A DNA stretch of 64,000 nt from Felis catus (taxonomy: Eukaryota). Below the pieces are notes generated by a model. The model was not told where the DNA came from and did not search any database. It was given only the letters and a program-made list of their open reading frames with translations. A program made the translations under genes and the position numbers. Numbering within the stretch: position 1 is the stretch's first letter; each line of letters starts with the position of its first letter. This document shows, piece after piece, positions 34,075-46,158 of this stretch. The stretch is taken from assembly GCF_018350175.1 (NCBI RefSeq), contig NC_058383.1, positions 16,928,001 through 16,992,000 on the forward strand, read 5' to 3'.

Positions 34075-35137
34075 TGAAGCAGCCTCTTAATCCCTGGTTT
34101 TCAGCTATAGCTGCAATAGCAGCTATAGCTATAGCTTAGATTATAATCCAAGTCTCCTCTAGCTTATATAACACCATATGAAGAAAAAGGTGCCTCCCTC
34201 GGAAGACACACACTGAGTGCATGTTGTTTAGGGAGTCAAAAATGCATTTGTGCAAAGAAAATCTAGCACCTTCCCCCTAGTAGGAGGCAGTTCCACATCA
34301 GGATACATGGCCTGGTGAGTAGAACATGGGCTTGACTTCAATTTCCATTTACCCTCCATCCAGGAATCTTTTGGTAGGGTACAATCTGCACAATTGTACA
34401 CAAGTGACCTTAGTTACTGTTGTGTGGATTTTAAACTTAATACTTGAAATGCAGCCACCTGATTCCTCACTTCATGATTGTAGCAGAAGCTCCTTCAGTG
34501 AGTCAATATGGTAGTATTAACAGAGCCATCCTCATAAGTCTAGCCTAGTCAACAGTTTTGTAATCAATTAATGTACTGCTCAAAACTACTTTAGTTTTGC
34601 CCTGACACTGTCACACATAGGGCATGCTAACTTATTTAAACTTCAGTGAAATTTAAATAATGTACAATGGTTTATATAATACTTACTGTGAAAATGAGAT
34701 AATTTATATAAAGTATCCAGCACATACAGGATCTCAGTGATGATATCTCTCACCATTATTATAATTCTAGGGAATATAAAGAGGTAACAGATGAAATACA
34801 AACTGACCCTGCCTTCTAGAGGTGAAAACTCACTGAAAAGATAAGACTTTGGCATGAAATAATAAGGACAATGAATGAGAGACAAAGGAGTAGGACAGAA
34901 TGCCAAGGCTCTAGAAGAATTCAGGAGAGGGAACTATTTCAACTGCCTCCCAGTGGCCACCCTGTTGAGTACTTCCCTTATGTTAAGCTTTCCTTACATC
35001 CTCCTCACACCATAGGTACAATTGTCCCCCTTTCACAGGTTAGAAAACCAAGTCTCAGAAAGGGAGAGTGACTTGCTCAGGGTCACTCAACTACAAAGTG
35101 TTAGAGCTGGGATTTGAAACAGGTCCATTTGCTTCTA

Positions 35138-35575
35138 GCAGTGGATTGAATGGTGACCCCTCCCCCCCCAAATATATGCCCACGTTTTAATTCCTGGAAC
35201 TTGTGAATATTGCTTCATTTGGAAAAGGGGGTCCTTGCATATGTAATTAAATTAAGAGTCTTGAGATGAAATCATCCTGGATTACCCAGTAGGTCCCACA
35301 TTTAATGGTAATTGTCCTTATAAAAGAAAGAAGAGACAACACACACAGAGGAGGAGATGTGAAGACAGAGTCAGAGATGGGAGTGATATGGCCACAAACC
35401 AAGGAAGCCAAGGAATATTACAGCCAACAGAACCTGGAAAAGACAAGGAATGATTCTCATCTACAGCCTTCAGAAGTAGTACAGCCCTGCCAACACCTTG
35501 ATTTCAGAACTCCAACCTTCAGAACTACAAGAGAATAAATTTCTATTGTTTTAAGACCCCGTATATTGGTAATTA
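35138..35575 (+). mobile_element. MaLR LTR (MLT1C/D-like)
   Basis: gtggattgaatggtgacccc...aaatcatcctggattacc...agccttcagaag...agaactacaagagaataaatttctattgttttaag. Confidence 0.8.
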
Positions 35576-36096
35576 CCTAGTAGATGGTAATATATGTAGT
35601 CCTAGGAAACTACTATTCTTTCAAATCCCTGAGTTCCTGCCATGCTGGAATCCTTGATTCTCCTGCCTTCCCTGTTATACCCCTCAGCTGTACACTCAAT
35701 CCTCTCTCCCGGGAGGGTGAAGAGGCAGAATATGGAGTGGGATAGAAACACTGCCCTTCCAGCAAGTCTGACATCCTTTCTTTTCATAAAGGGGGAGATT
35801 GTGTAGGCAGTGATAAGAGACAGAGAGTTGTCAACATTTCCCAAAACCAAACAGAAGTTATACTTCCCCCTCTACACACTCAGTAAGTGTGGTTTGGCCT
35901 GAAGTAACCATAGTAACTCCACTGATTTAACTCTTACTAAAAGCAAAGAAACTTAGCCAGGCTACTCCCTGAACTGGCTAAAGATTCTCCTCCCTGGGGA
36001 AGCAGGTATCACAGAATCACAGGATTTTAGAGATGGAAGGAATCTCAGAGTCTTGGGAAGTTTCACACATTTGTGACTGCTGTTACTACAGCTACT

Positions 36097-37255
36097 ATAT
36101 TGGTCATCTATTGCTGCATAACAAATTATCCCCAAATTTAACAGCTTAAAATGACAATATTTATTGTCTCACACAGTTTCTGAGAGCCAGAAATTCAGGA
36201 GCAGTTTAGCTGGTGATTCTGTGTGGGGAATAAGCTTAGGAATTCCCTGAGCCTGCACTGATGGGTTAACAAGGCATAAAGAATTACAAAGCCATAGGAT
36301 GCTCACACCCAAGTTTAAACAGGGATAGAGTAGGGAAGGCAAAGTTTCCCAGGATTGAGTAGGGGGGGGGGGTCAAAGGACCCCAGGATACAGGTGGGAG
36401 GAAAGGCCCCAATACAAAGGTATATGAGGTAAATAAGATTAGGTTTTGAGGGCAGATATTCCCCCCAATTTAGTACTATAGCAGAAAGCTGCTTTCACAG
36501 GAAGGAATGACCAAATTAGGTAAACAGGTAAATAGGGCTATAGACCTCTGCAGGGTGAAGTTGCCCAGAGAGGAGCTAATTAACAAAAGAAAGGTGCCTT
36601 GTTGACTCTGAGGTTACAGGCTCTTTCTTGTCCCCTAGACCAGTTTAGGTAAACAGAGGTGGTGCCTCACATCTGCTGTAAACAACCTTCTGCCTGGCTG
36701 CCAGGCGCCAGGATTTTGTTTTGTATTGGCCCAAACCCCTAACTCCACATATATTCAAAACCCCCTCTCTCTCACACCCATGAGTTAATGTTCACAGTTT
36801 CATTGTCCCTTTGTGCACGTCCATCACCATGTTTGTAAGCTTTCTGATCTTAATAAAAATGGAGCAAGGACCCTTAATCAGGGCTCTTGTCTTTTCCTGG
36901 ACATTAGCCATCTCTCATATTTTAATCCTGCATCCTGCTTTCTTGCTAAACAAGAAAGAACTTTAGTCCCAGAGTCTATGACAATTCTGGTTCAGGGTCT
37001 CTCATGAGAGTAGTGTCAAGTTACCATCCAGATGAGCTGCAGCCATCTGAAGTCATGACTGGGACTACAAGATCCACTATCAACATGGCTATTGTCAGAA
37101 AGCCTCAATTCCTCACGGGCTATTGTTTGAAAAGTACTCATAGTTCCTCACTATGTAGGATTCTCCACAGGGCTAATGACAATAAGCTGCTGACCTCCCC
37201 AAGAGTAAGTGATCTGAGTGTAGGGAAGAAGAGAAGGAGAAAAGCTATAGTGTCT
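36097..37255 (-). mobile_element. MLT1-like MaLR LTR interrupted by a younger solo LTR
   Basis: tattgctgcataacaaattatcccc...gcagtttagctggtgattctg[insert]gttcagggtctctcatgag reads continuously once the insert is removed. Confidence 0.75.
36222..36983 (+). mobile_element. Solo retroviral LTR (762 bp) with 6-bp TSD, class II (ERVK/beta)-like
   Basis: Starts TGTGGGGAA, ends GACA; perfect TSD ATTCTG at 36216-36221 and 36984-36989; AATAAA at 36852-36857. Confidence 0.85.
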
Positions 37256-37435
37256 TTTTGAAAAACAGCTTTATTGAGATATAATTCACATACCATATAC
37301 TTCATTTTTAAGTGTACAATTCAATGGCTTTTGTATATTCACAGAATTGTACAATCATTACCACAATCAAGCTAGAAAAATTGTATTATCCCAAAAGAAA
37401 TCCCATACACATTAGTTATAATCTCACAATCCCCT

Positions 37436-37615
37436 ATATTTGTCTGCTCAGGGTACCATAACAAATACCATAGACTGGGTGCCCTAAACAACAGAAATTT
37501 ACTTTATCATAGTTCTGGAGGCTGAGAATTCCAAGATCAAGATGCTGGTCAGTTGGGTTCCTGGTGAGAGCTATCTTCCTGGCTTGCAGACAGTTGCCTT
37601 CTTGCTGTGTTCTCA

Positions 37616-37662
<47 letters not shown>

Positions 37663-38068
37663 AGCACTCTGGTATCTTTATCTTTTTATAAGGGCACCAG
37701 ACCTGTCAGATTAAGGTTCCACCCTTATTATATTATTTAGCCTTTATCACACCCTTGCCAGCCTCATCTCCAAATATAGTCACATTAGAGTTTCAATGTA
37801 TGGGGGCGCCTGGGTGGCGCAGTCGGTTAAGCGTCCGACTTCAGCCAGATCACGATCTTGCGGTCCGTGAGTTCGGGCCCCGCGTCGGGCTCTGGGCTGA
37901 TGGCTCAGAGCCTGGAGCCTGTTTCCGATTCTGTGTCTCCCTCTCTCTCTGCCCCTCCCCCGTTCATGCTCTGTCTCTCTGTCCCAAAAATAAATAAACG
38001 TTGAAAAAAAAAATTTAGAGTTTCAATGTATGAACTTCAGGGGGAAATGAACTTTCAGTCCATAATAC
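37436..38068 (-). mobile_element. MLT1A/B-like MaLR LTR with (GA)n and a nested SINE
   Basis: ctcagggtaccataacaaataccatagactgggtg...agttctggaggctgagaattccaagatcaag...cagtccataat; (GA)n at 37620-37657. Confidence 0.75.
37803..38014 (+). mobile_element. Young SINEC_Fc-type SINE
   Basis: CpG-rich, near-consensus; perfect 18-bp TSD ttagagtttcaatgtatg at 37785-37802 and 38015-38032. Confidence 0.95.
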
Positions 38069-38595
38069 CTCCTATCATCCCAGCCCTAGGCAACTCACTA
38101 ATATACTTCCTATCTCTATATATGACCTATTCTAGACATTTCATATAAGTGGAATCATACAACATATGGGTCTTTATGATTGGCTTCTTTCACTTACCAT
38201 AATGTTTTCAAGGCTCATCCATGTTGTAGCATGTATCACTACTTTATTATTTTTTATTGGGAATAATATTCCATTTTAAGGAAATAGCACATTTTCTTTA
38301 TCCATTCATCAGAGCTAGAAATTTGGGTTGTTTCCACTTTGGGACTATTATAACTAATGTTTCTATGAACATCCATATGCAAGATTTTGAGGGAATATAT
38401 TTTTATTTGGGGGGAGTGTATATTTAGGAATGGAATTGCTGGAACATATCACTTTGTGTTCAACCATTTGAAGAACTGCCAAGCTGTTTTCTAAGGCAGA
38501 TGTGTCATTTTACATTACCACCAGCATTGTATGGTTGTTACAATCTTTCCACATCCTTGTAAACATTTGTTAATTATTTGTCTTTTATTTACTTA

Positions 38596-38906
38596 TTTTA
38601 ATTTTTTTTTCAACGTTTATTTATTTTTGGGACAGAGAGAGACAGAACATGAACGGGGGAGGGGCAGAGAGAGAGGGAGACACAGAATCGGAAACAGGCT
38701 CCAGGCTCTGAGCCATCAGCCCAGAGCCCGACGCGGGGCTCGAACTCACGGACCGCGAGATCGTGACCTGGCTGAAGTCGGACGCTTAACTGACTGCGCC
38801 ACCCAGGCGCCCCATATTTATTTATTTATTTTAGAGAGAGAAAGAGGGCACTAGTGAATGAAGGGCAGACAGAGAGGGGGAGAGAGAGAAAGAAAAAGAG
38901 AGAGGG

Positions 38907-38975
<69 letters not shown>

Positions 38976-39110
38976 CTGGGCTTACTGGAAGCAGGACTTG
39001 TGTTCACCCGGAGTGGGGCTTGAGCTCACTGGATGTGGGACTCAAACTCACAAACTGTGAGATCATGACCTGAGATGTCATGTTTAACTGACTGAGCTAC
39101 CCAGGTACCC
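38596..39110 (-). mobile_element. Two Can-SINEs: a young copy (38596-38813) inserted in the A-tail of an older copy (38814-39110) carrying a long (GA)n
   Basis: Two tRNA-derived heads (ending 38813 and ~39110); (GA)n at ~38920-38971. Confidence 0.9.
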
Positions 39111-39723
39111 TATTTGTCTTTTTTTATTATGGTCATCCTAATGGGTATAAAGTGGTACTTCATTGTGGTTTTCATTTGCATTCCCCTCATGGCTGCTGAT
39201 GTTTAGCTTCTTTCCATGTGCTTATTGGCTTATTGTGCATCATCTTTGAAGAACTATCTATTCAGGTCATTTGCCCATTTCTAAATTGGTTTATTTGTCT
39301 TTTTATTATTGAGTTGCCATAGTTATTTATATATTCTAGGTACAAGCCCCTTATCAGATATATGGCAAAACATTTCTTCCATTTTGTGGGTTGCCTTTTC
39401 ACTTTCTCAGTGATGTCCCCTGAAACACAAAAGGTGTTAATTTTGATGATATACAGTTTATATTTTGTCTTTTGCTGATTGTGCTTTGGTATCATATATA
39501 AGAAAATGTTGCCTAATCCAAAGTCATGAGAATTCTAAAAGTTTTATACTTTTAGCTTTTACATCTAAGTCTATAATCCACTGTGAGTTAATTTTTGTGT
39601 ATGGTTGTGAGGTAGGGCTCCAAATTTATTCTCTTACATGTAGAGATCAAGTATCTATATAATATATTGTATACTCTTGTGTTGGGAGGCCTATAACTGT
39701 TATATTAAATTAAGAATATGCAG

Positions 39724-40173
39724 GTGGGGGATACCTGTGTCAGACTTCGGCTCAGGTCATGATCTTGGGGTTTGTGAGTTCAAGCCCCGCATCAGGCTCT
39801 GTGCTGACAGAGCAGAGCCCCAGCACAGAGCCTGGGGCCTGCTTCGGATTCTGTGTCCCCCTCTCTCTCTGCCTTCCCCACTCTCTCTGTCTCTCTCTCT
39901 CTCTCAAAAATAAATAAACATTAAAAATAAAAAAAAAAGAATATGCAGGGGACACCTGGGTGGCTCAGTCAGTTAAGCATCCGACTTCAGCTCAAGTCAT
40001 GATCTTGCACTTTGTGGGTTTGAGCCCTGCGTCAGGCTCTGGGCTGACAAGCTAGGAGCCTGGAGCCTGCTTTGGATTCTGTGTCTCCCGCTCTCTCTCT
40101 CTGCCCCTCCCCACTCATGCTCTGTCTCTGTCTCCCTCAAGAATAAATAAACAGTTTAAAAGTTAAAAAAAAA
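39724..40173 (+). mobile_element. Two tandem Can-SINEs (39724-39936, 39949-40173) sharing one target site
   Basis: aagaatatgcag occurs at 39712-39723, 39937-39948 and 40174-40185. Confidence 0.9.
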
Positions 40174-40530
40174 AAGAATATGCAGTTTATGATCCACTGG
40201 ATGAAGGGACACAAGCCACCCACACTGGGTCAGTAGCTAACCCCCTTAGCACCCAAGCTCCCACTTTGGGGAAGTGAAAACTCCTGGAGTCATTTTGATT
40301 GAAGGCACAGTTTCAGTATACTCACAAAAAGAAAGTAAAGTCACAGGATTTATTACTCACAAATCCCAGACATGGAGAGGCAATTAGCTCAGGGAAGGGC
40401 AGCCCTCTGTCCCAGATCATGACCACAGGAGATAGAGAGCAAAGTAGCAAGCACCTACCTAAGAAAGTACCTAAGGTGTTTAGGGCAGAGGTCACTAACT
40501 TCTTGAGGGCTCAAATCCAAGTAGTTATTT

Positions 40531-40740
40531 AAAAAATTTTTTTAATCTTTATTTTTGAGAGAGACAGAGTGCAAGTGGGGGGAAAACAGAGAGAGAGAGA
40601 GGGAGACACAGAATCCAAAGTAGGCTCCAGGCTCTGATCTGTCAGCACAGAGCCTGACTCAGGGCTGGAACTCATGAACCATGAGTCTGTGACCTAGGCT
40701 GAAATCTGATGCTTAACCTGACTGAGCCACCCAGGTGCTG
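40531..40740 (-). mobile_element. Can-SINE
   Basis: TSD ccaagtagttattt at 40517-40530 and 40741-40754. Confidence 0.9.
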
Positions 40741-40771
40741 CCAAGTAGTTATTTTAAAATATGCCCTAGGG

Positions 40772-40991
40772 GGGGCGCCTGGGTGGCGCAGTCGGTTAAG
40801 CGTCCGACTTCAGCCAGGTCACGATCTCGCGGTCCGGGAGTTCGAGCCCCGCGTCGGGCTCTGGGCTGATGGCTCAGAGCCTGGAGCCTGTTTCCGATTC
40901 TGTGTCTCCCTCTCTCTCTGCCCCTCCCCCATTCATGCTCTGTCTCTCTCTGTCCCAAAAATAAATAAACATTGAAAAAAAATTAAAAAAA
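40772..40991 (+). mobile_element. Young SINEC_Fc-type SINE
   Basis: Near-consensus, CpG-rich; TSD aaaatatgccctaggg at 40756-40771 and 40992-41007. Confidence 0.95.
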
Positions 40992-42625
40992 AAAATATGC
41001 CCTAGGGAAAACAAAATATGAACTTAGGGCAGGAATCCTAAGCTCAGCTCTTTATCTAAATGTCCAAACTCTGAGTTTGAGCAGGCTTGTCATACAGTAA
41101 AATGCCTAGGCAGTAACTCAAAATAGCTGTTTTCTCATTACACGCTTCTGACCTGCCAAGCAACAGGCACAGCTGACTCTGGAGTCCACAGAGGGTCCTC
41201 AAAGAACATGGGTGCTGGTAGTTAGAAATCAGGTGTGTACAGAAGCTGGTAAGAATGAGAGGTTTCCAGCAGGGGACCAACAGCCTTGGCTAACCCACTC
41301 AACTTGATGATGCCATTTCCCACTTCTAGGCCTTTTCTGAAGCTCCATCCAAAACCCCTTCACCATCTCATCTCACCAAGATCTCCTGACAAGTAAATAA
41401 CCCTCAGAATCTATTTACCTATGGAGGTTTTCTTGAATCTGTCAAAGAATACCTTTACCCAGGCTATCCTAGCTTTGTTGGCACAAAAATTAACAATGCT
41501 TATGCCTTCTACATAGTTATGAAGCTGCCAATAGGAACTTTGGTGGACATCGACTCTCATAGAGGGAAATACACTGTGCAATAGAGGTGCCAAGGCTGCA
41601 GGATAGGTGTCTGTTAAAAGATTCCTCCCTCCACTCCTACTCTCACTCCAAGGTCTATACACACCCTCCCAGCTCCCAATATCTCCCTCCAAGCCTGCTG
41701 TTCTCCTCTTTCTCAACAAGAAAATAATGTAGCTGATACCCCTTAGTTTCTCTATTATCTGATAGCAGCAATTTAGAAATGTGAACCTTCTGATAGAGCA
41801 AATAGCTGATAATATATTGTTGTCTAATTAATTAACTTACTGGGCAAGCTTTAAAGGAGTTTGCATTTTGAAAAAATTAATACAGTGTAAACTTCTCCAA
41901 AGAGGGATGTGATTCTTGAGCATCCCCAGGACTTGGTGCAACTGAGAGGCAGTCAGGAGACAGTTCTAAACAGGAGGACTATGAAACTAGTAAGACCATC
42001 AGTTCCAGCCCTTCCCTGGACTTTAACTAATTTACCATGTCCATTAAAATAGGTTATCAACCCATGAGGACTAGGCAGGGAGAGTGGTCATTATAACACA
42101 AAGTGTGGACAAGGTGAGGTGCAGCAAGAAATTACATCAAGACCCCAGATATTAGATTTAGATAATGTGGTCGTTTCTGTAACCATGTACAGTAGTTTGA
42201 TTGGAATTTCAGGATTATGTGGTTGGGGGATAAGAGGTTTAGTAACTCTCCTCTTCCCCACTTCAAGGATCCCTGACACCTGGCAGGACCTTACTTGGAC
42301 ATCAGCTCTTACACATCTCTAGTAATGATTTGAGAACACTTACTTGCTCTTCATGTTTAGTGCAATAAAATCCCACTACTCTGAGATTTTCATTGTCACT
42401 AAGCTTCTGACCCAGACCTTCAAGCAACAACCTCAGGGCCATCCTAATTCTGGCACTTACTGTGTGACCAAGGGTCTGTTACAGCACTACTTTATTTCAT
42501 CAATTTTGAAAATATTTATCAAGCACCTACCATGTACCAGGCACTGTTTTAGATACTTTCCTATCTGTTCAAGTATTTCAAAAATATTCTATGTATAGAA
42601 AAGTACATAAAACCTATGTGCTCAT

Positions 42626-42724
42626 ATTTATTTATGTAATCTCTACACCCAACATGGAGCTCAAACTCTCAACCCTGAGATCTAGAGTCCCATGTTCTTC
42701 AGACAGAGTCAGCCAGGTGCCCCC
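42626..42724 (-). mobile_element. Short old Can-SINE
   Basis: taatctctacacccaacatggagctcaaactc...agccaggtgcccc. Confidence 0.75.
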
Positions 42725-43585
42725 TCTATAAGTGCACTTTAAAGAATAATTAAAAGGTAATATCTGCATAACCATTACCCAAGGCCAGAAATGTTGTATC
42801 CCAAAGCACCCCTTCACACCTTCTTCCTCTCTTCTGGGGCTATAAGCAGTATCCAGACATTTGTGATGATAATTTCTTATCTATATATGAATTTCTAAAC
42901 AATATAATGTGATTTTGCCTGATTTTGAATCTTATGGAAATGGAATTGGATTGTATATATTCTGTCTTGTTTCTTTTGTGCTACAGTGTTTGCAAGGTAG
43001 TTACACATGGTTGTAGTCATCCATTTTTGTGTTATATAGTATTCCATTGTTTGAAATACCATTAATTTATACATTCATTTAACTGCTGATGAACATCCAT
43101 TGTTTTCAGTTCTTGGCTATTAGGAACAATGATTCTAGGACCATTTTGTAGTCATATACAGGTATGTGAGTTTCTAGTGAACTTTCTTCTGTTCCATCTT
43201 GTGAGAATCACTGCTTTTGAGCACTATCAGGACTCTTTTCCATCATGCAGTTGGACTCTCCCTAATTCTACAAGTAGCAACTGTGAGGGAGGGGAGGCAC
43301 GTGACTGGCCCAAGGTCACTCAGGCAGCTAGTGGCAGAACTCAAAACATACTCAAGGTCCTTTCGGGAAGTAGTCCATTTCCCAGTACGAGGGCAGATAT
43401 GTGCCTCCCAAATCTGAGGGAACTTGGCACAGGTGGCATCAGGATAAGATGAGTGGGGCACTGCAAAATATAAGGGGGAACGAAGATACTTGGCAATGAA
43501 GATTAATACTTGATTTTTTTTTTTTTTAATCAGCAAACTACAGCCTGTGCAACCACCTGTTTTTGTAAATAAGGTTTCATTGGAC

Positions 43586-43820
43586 CAGGGCTACGATTAG
43601 GACAAGATAAGTGAAGCAAGGTTGTGAAAGTATAGGGTTGAATTTTGTCTTTATTTAAAATTTTAGTATTTTGTTCATGATGGATTTTTTTTGCATTAAT
43701 TATGATTTTCTTGAGACATTGCATTAAAATGTTTACCTTGACTACTATATTCTTGGGCACCTCCTTAAATTCTGTGCCAGAAGCCAGCACCTCACTCTTC
43801 TGACCCTAATCCCAGACCGG
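43586..43820. mobile_element. hAT-type MITE with degenerate TIRs, preceded by a MER58-like fragment (43531-43585)
   Basis: Left end cagggctacgattaggacaagataagtgaagc vs reverse complement of right end ccggtctgggattagggtcagaagagtgaggt. Confidence 0.55.
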
Positions 43821-43829
43821 CAACCCAGC

Positions 43830-45060
43830 GTCTGTTTTAAACTTCGCCATCCTAAACTTTCTCCAACGCTTTCCAGCCTGGTCCTCACCACTGCCTTCTG
43901 TCCCTAGAGGGCGCGGTCGTCCAGCCCCCTCCACATCCTTCTCTCAGTCTCAATTTCCAGGTGACGCGCGGGTCGTGGGGACTGAGGGGAGGAGCACGCC
44001 CCGGGGCATGGCCGGCGCAAGCGCTCTACTTAAAGCCGCGGGGCCTGGGTGATTCCCGAGGAGGGCAACTCGGCCTGGCGCGGTGCGCGGGTCTGAAGCT
44101 TCTCGATTGAGTACAGTTCGCCCCGAGCCATTTCCTCTCACATTCTAGTTGGGCATTGGAATGGCAGTTCCTACGCGGTTCTCTGGGTGTGCTCTCTGCC
44201 CTATTTCGCCCCCTTCTTGGGAACACCAGGGGATATGTGGGGGCAGTTTTTTGGAAGTGAGAAGCGAGCAGGACGGGCTGGAAACGGAGCGCCCCTGGCC
44301 GAGGCTGGGTAACAATGCCCGGGGCCTTTGGCATCCCCGTCTCGGCGACTGGGGAGACTCTCACATAAGTGGTTTCGGGGCAAGGATCAATGCTTTACCG
44401 CTTACGAGACCCCTTGCGGGCGACTACATTTCCTGACAGGCCTCGCAGAGACTGCTGTCCGTGGAGCCTCGGTGGCCTCTCTTTCCCGGAGTGGGGTTCC
44501 CGGCTCCGAGGACGCTACCTCGATGTCGCCGCGTTCCCTCCAGGGTGAGCCCTCGCAGAGCTTCGTCCCACTGCAACGCATCTGGACTGGGGTCTGGGGT
44601 CCGGAGAGTGGAGGTGACCGGTCCCGCTTGGCGGCACTCCCAGGTGTCATGCAGTAAACCTGTGGGTATGGGATCTCACTGGGTAAGGGCTAACGAAGGG
44701 CAGTAGACTGAGCCTGCTGCCTCTTACCTGGAGCAGGAGGAATTTCTGAACGCATGCATCCATCGAACCCCTTTGATGGGTCGCTCCACGAACCCCCGCA
44801 AGTACTTTGGTATTGTCAGGGTTGGAAGGGGTGAGAGGAGCATCTCCACTGCCCATTTCAGCTTTGTGGTCTCCATTCTCTTCCTAGAGCCTGCTTATTC
44901 CATTAACTAATTCATTTCCCAACCATTACCTCAGCACTTGCTGTGCCACAGCCCCTCCTGGCCCTAGAATCCAGGCCTCCTACTATTCCCAAGGCCACCA
45001 CTGATTTCTGCCTTTAAGCGCCCTACCCCCGCCCCTTCCCGCCCCGCCCCACCACACAGG
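43830..45060. promoter_or_regulatory. Orphan CpG island / promoter-like region
   Basis: High CpG density; CTCF-like ccctagagggcgc (~43902-43914); NRF1-like gcgcaagcgc (44015-44024); ZNF143-type GACTACATTTCC (44422-44433); GC boxes at ~45027-45050. Confidence 0.7.
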
Positions 45061-46047
45061 TGCAAATACTCAGGCCCTCGGGTCCAGCTTTCTCAGAACT
45101 TTACACCACTGTTACTAAAAGTCTGTGTATACCCAGCCTAGGACACTCATTTAGCCTTAGACAGTTTGGTAAGGTTAAGTTTTATTATCATGTGGCATGG
45201 TGGAGTCCAGCTATTGAGAGCTCCACACACCTAAGTTCAGGACCTAGACCTTAGTTTATTAATACGCTGGACCCATTCCTAAGAAGCAAGTTCTATGGTG
45301 AAAGACGAACAAGGTGTAGAGGTTACAGAGAATTAACTGAGATATCCCTTTAGTTCAAAGCTTCTCAACTCTGGCTATATTCTATCTGGGTTATTACTCC
45401 TGGGTGCAGTGTGGGCAAGAGAATTTTTAGAAACTGGGTAATTTTAATGTGCAGCCAGGGTTGAGAGCCACTGCTTTAACCCTGAGGGCAGGTGAGTGGG
45501 GTCTGGGATGACCAGAAGCACTGGGCCAGGTACTTCCAGCTGGAAGCAGCCTCAACCCTTTATCCGAGTATGCTGCACAAATTGTTTTTAACATTTTCTA
45601 TGTGTCCCATGCTGTGAAAATAGTCAGGAAGCACTACCATATAATGAGAAACATGTCTGACAAGTTTGTGTAAGATAATTGGAAGTAAGGTGAAACATTC
45701 CAAAAAGGCCAACTAGGAAACATACAATAATCTCCAGATGAGGTAAAGAAAGCCCAGGCTAGATTAATGACAGGGAATGTAGGAGGGGACAGTTGTGACA
45801 GTCACAGAAAGAATGAGGGACTGTAGTGGTCACCTAGATCAAAGTTTTTGGCAGGCTGTGGCTCTTTTAACTGTCATAAAGGCTGATTGCACTGACATAT
45901 TGTAGCTGACTCCCGGAAGAGAGTCACCAGAACTTCTGTAGCCTTTCTAGGACTTTCAAGACCACGAATAGGCTGGGATTATTGTGGCTGGCCCAATCTC
46001 AGGCATTAGCAAATTTAACCACAACCATAAAGTCAGAAGAGCTTCTT

Positions 46048-46158
46048 GGTGTGCCTCGCTGGCTCAGTCAGTGGAGCATGCAGCTCTTGATTTTGGGGTT
46101 GTGAGGTCAAGCCCCACTTTGGGTGTAGAGATTGCTTAAAATAATCTTTAAAAAAAAA
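46048..46158 (+). mobile_element. Short Can-SINE
   Basis: Head ggtgtgcctcgctggctcagtc; TSD aaagt(c/t)agaagagctt on both sides. Confidence 0.8.

Larger units (their letters stand above)
37258..39660 (-). mobile_element. Old L1M (L1MB-like) 3' region, interrupted by an MLT1 and SINEs
   Basis: cagctttattgagatataattcacataccat (3' end); ORF2 remnant MIPKHNQQKTK...KVKRQPTKWKKCFA. Confidence 0.75.
39680..42320 (-). mobile_element. Ancient LTR element: LTR (39680-41282, split by four SINEs) plus internal env-like remnant
   Basis: Termini TGTTGG (39680) ... CCAACA (41282); ~680 bp after removing the SINEs; minus-strand AATAAA at ~40349-40354; adjacent minus ORF 41411-41719 carries an RKRR furin-like site. 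Confidence 0.45.

Noticed and set aside
37803..37885. tRNA-like A/B boxes
   Set aside because: Heads of tRNA-derived Can-SINEs, not tRNA genes.
38531..39073. Arg/Glu-rich ORFs
   Set aside because: Translations of SINEs and (GA)n.
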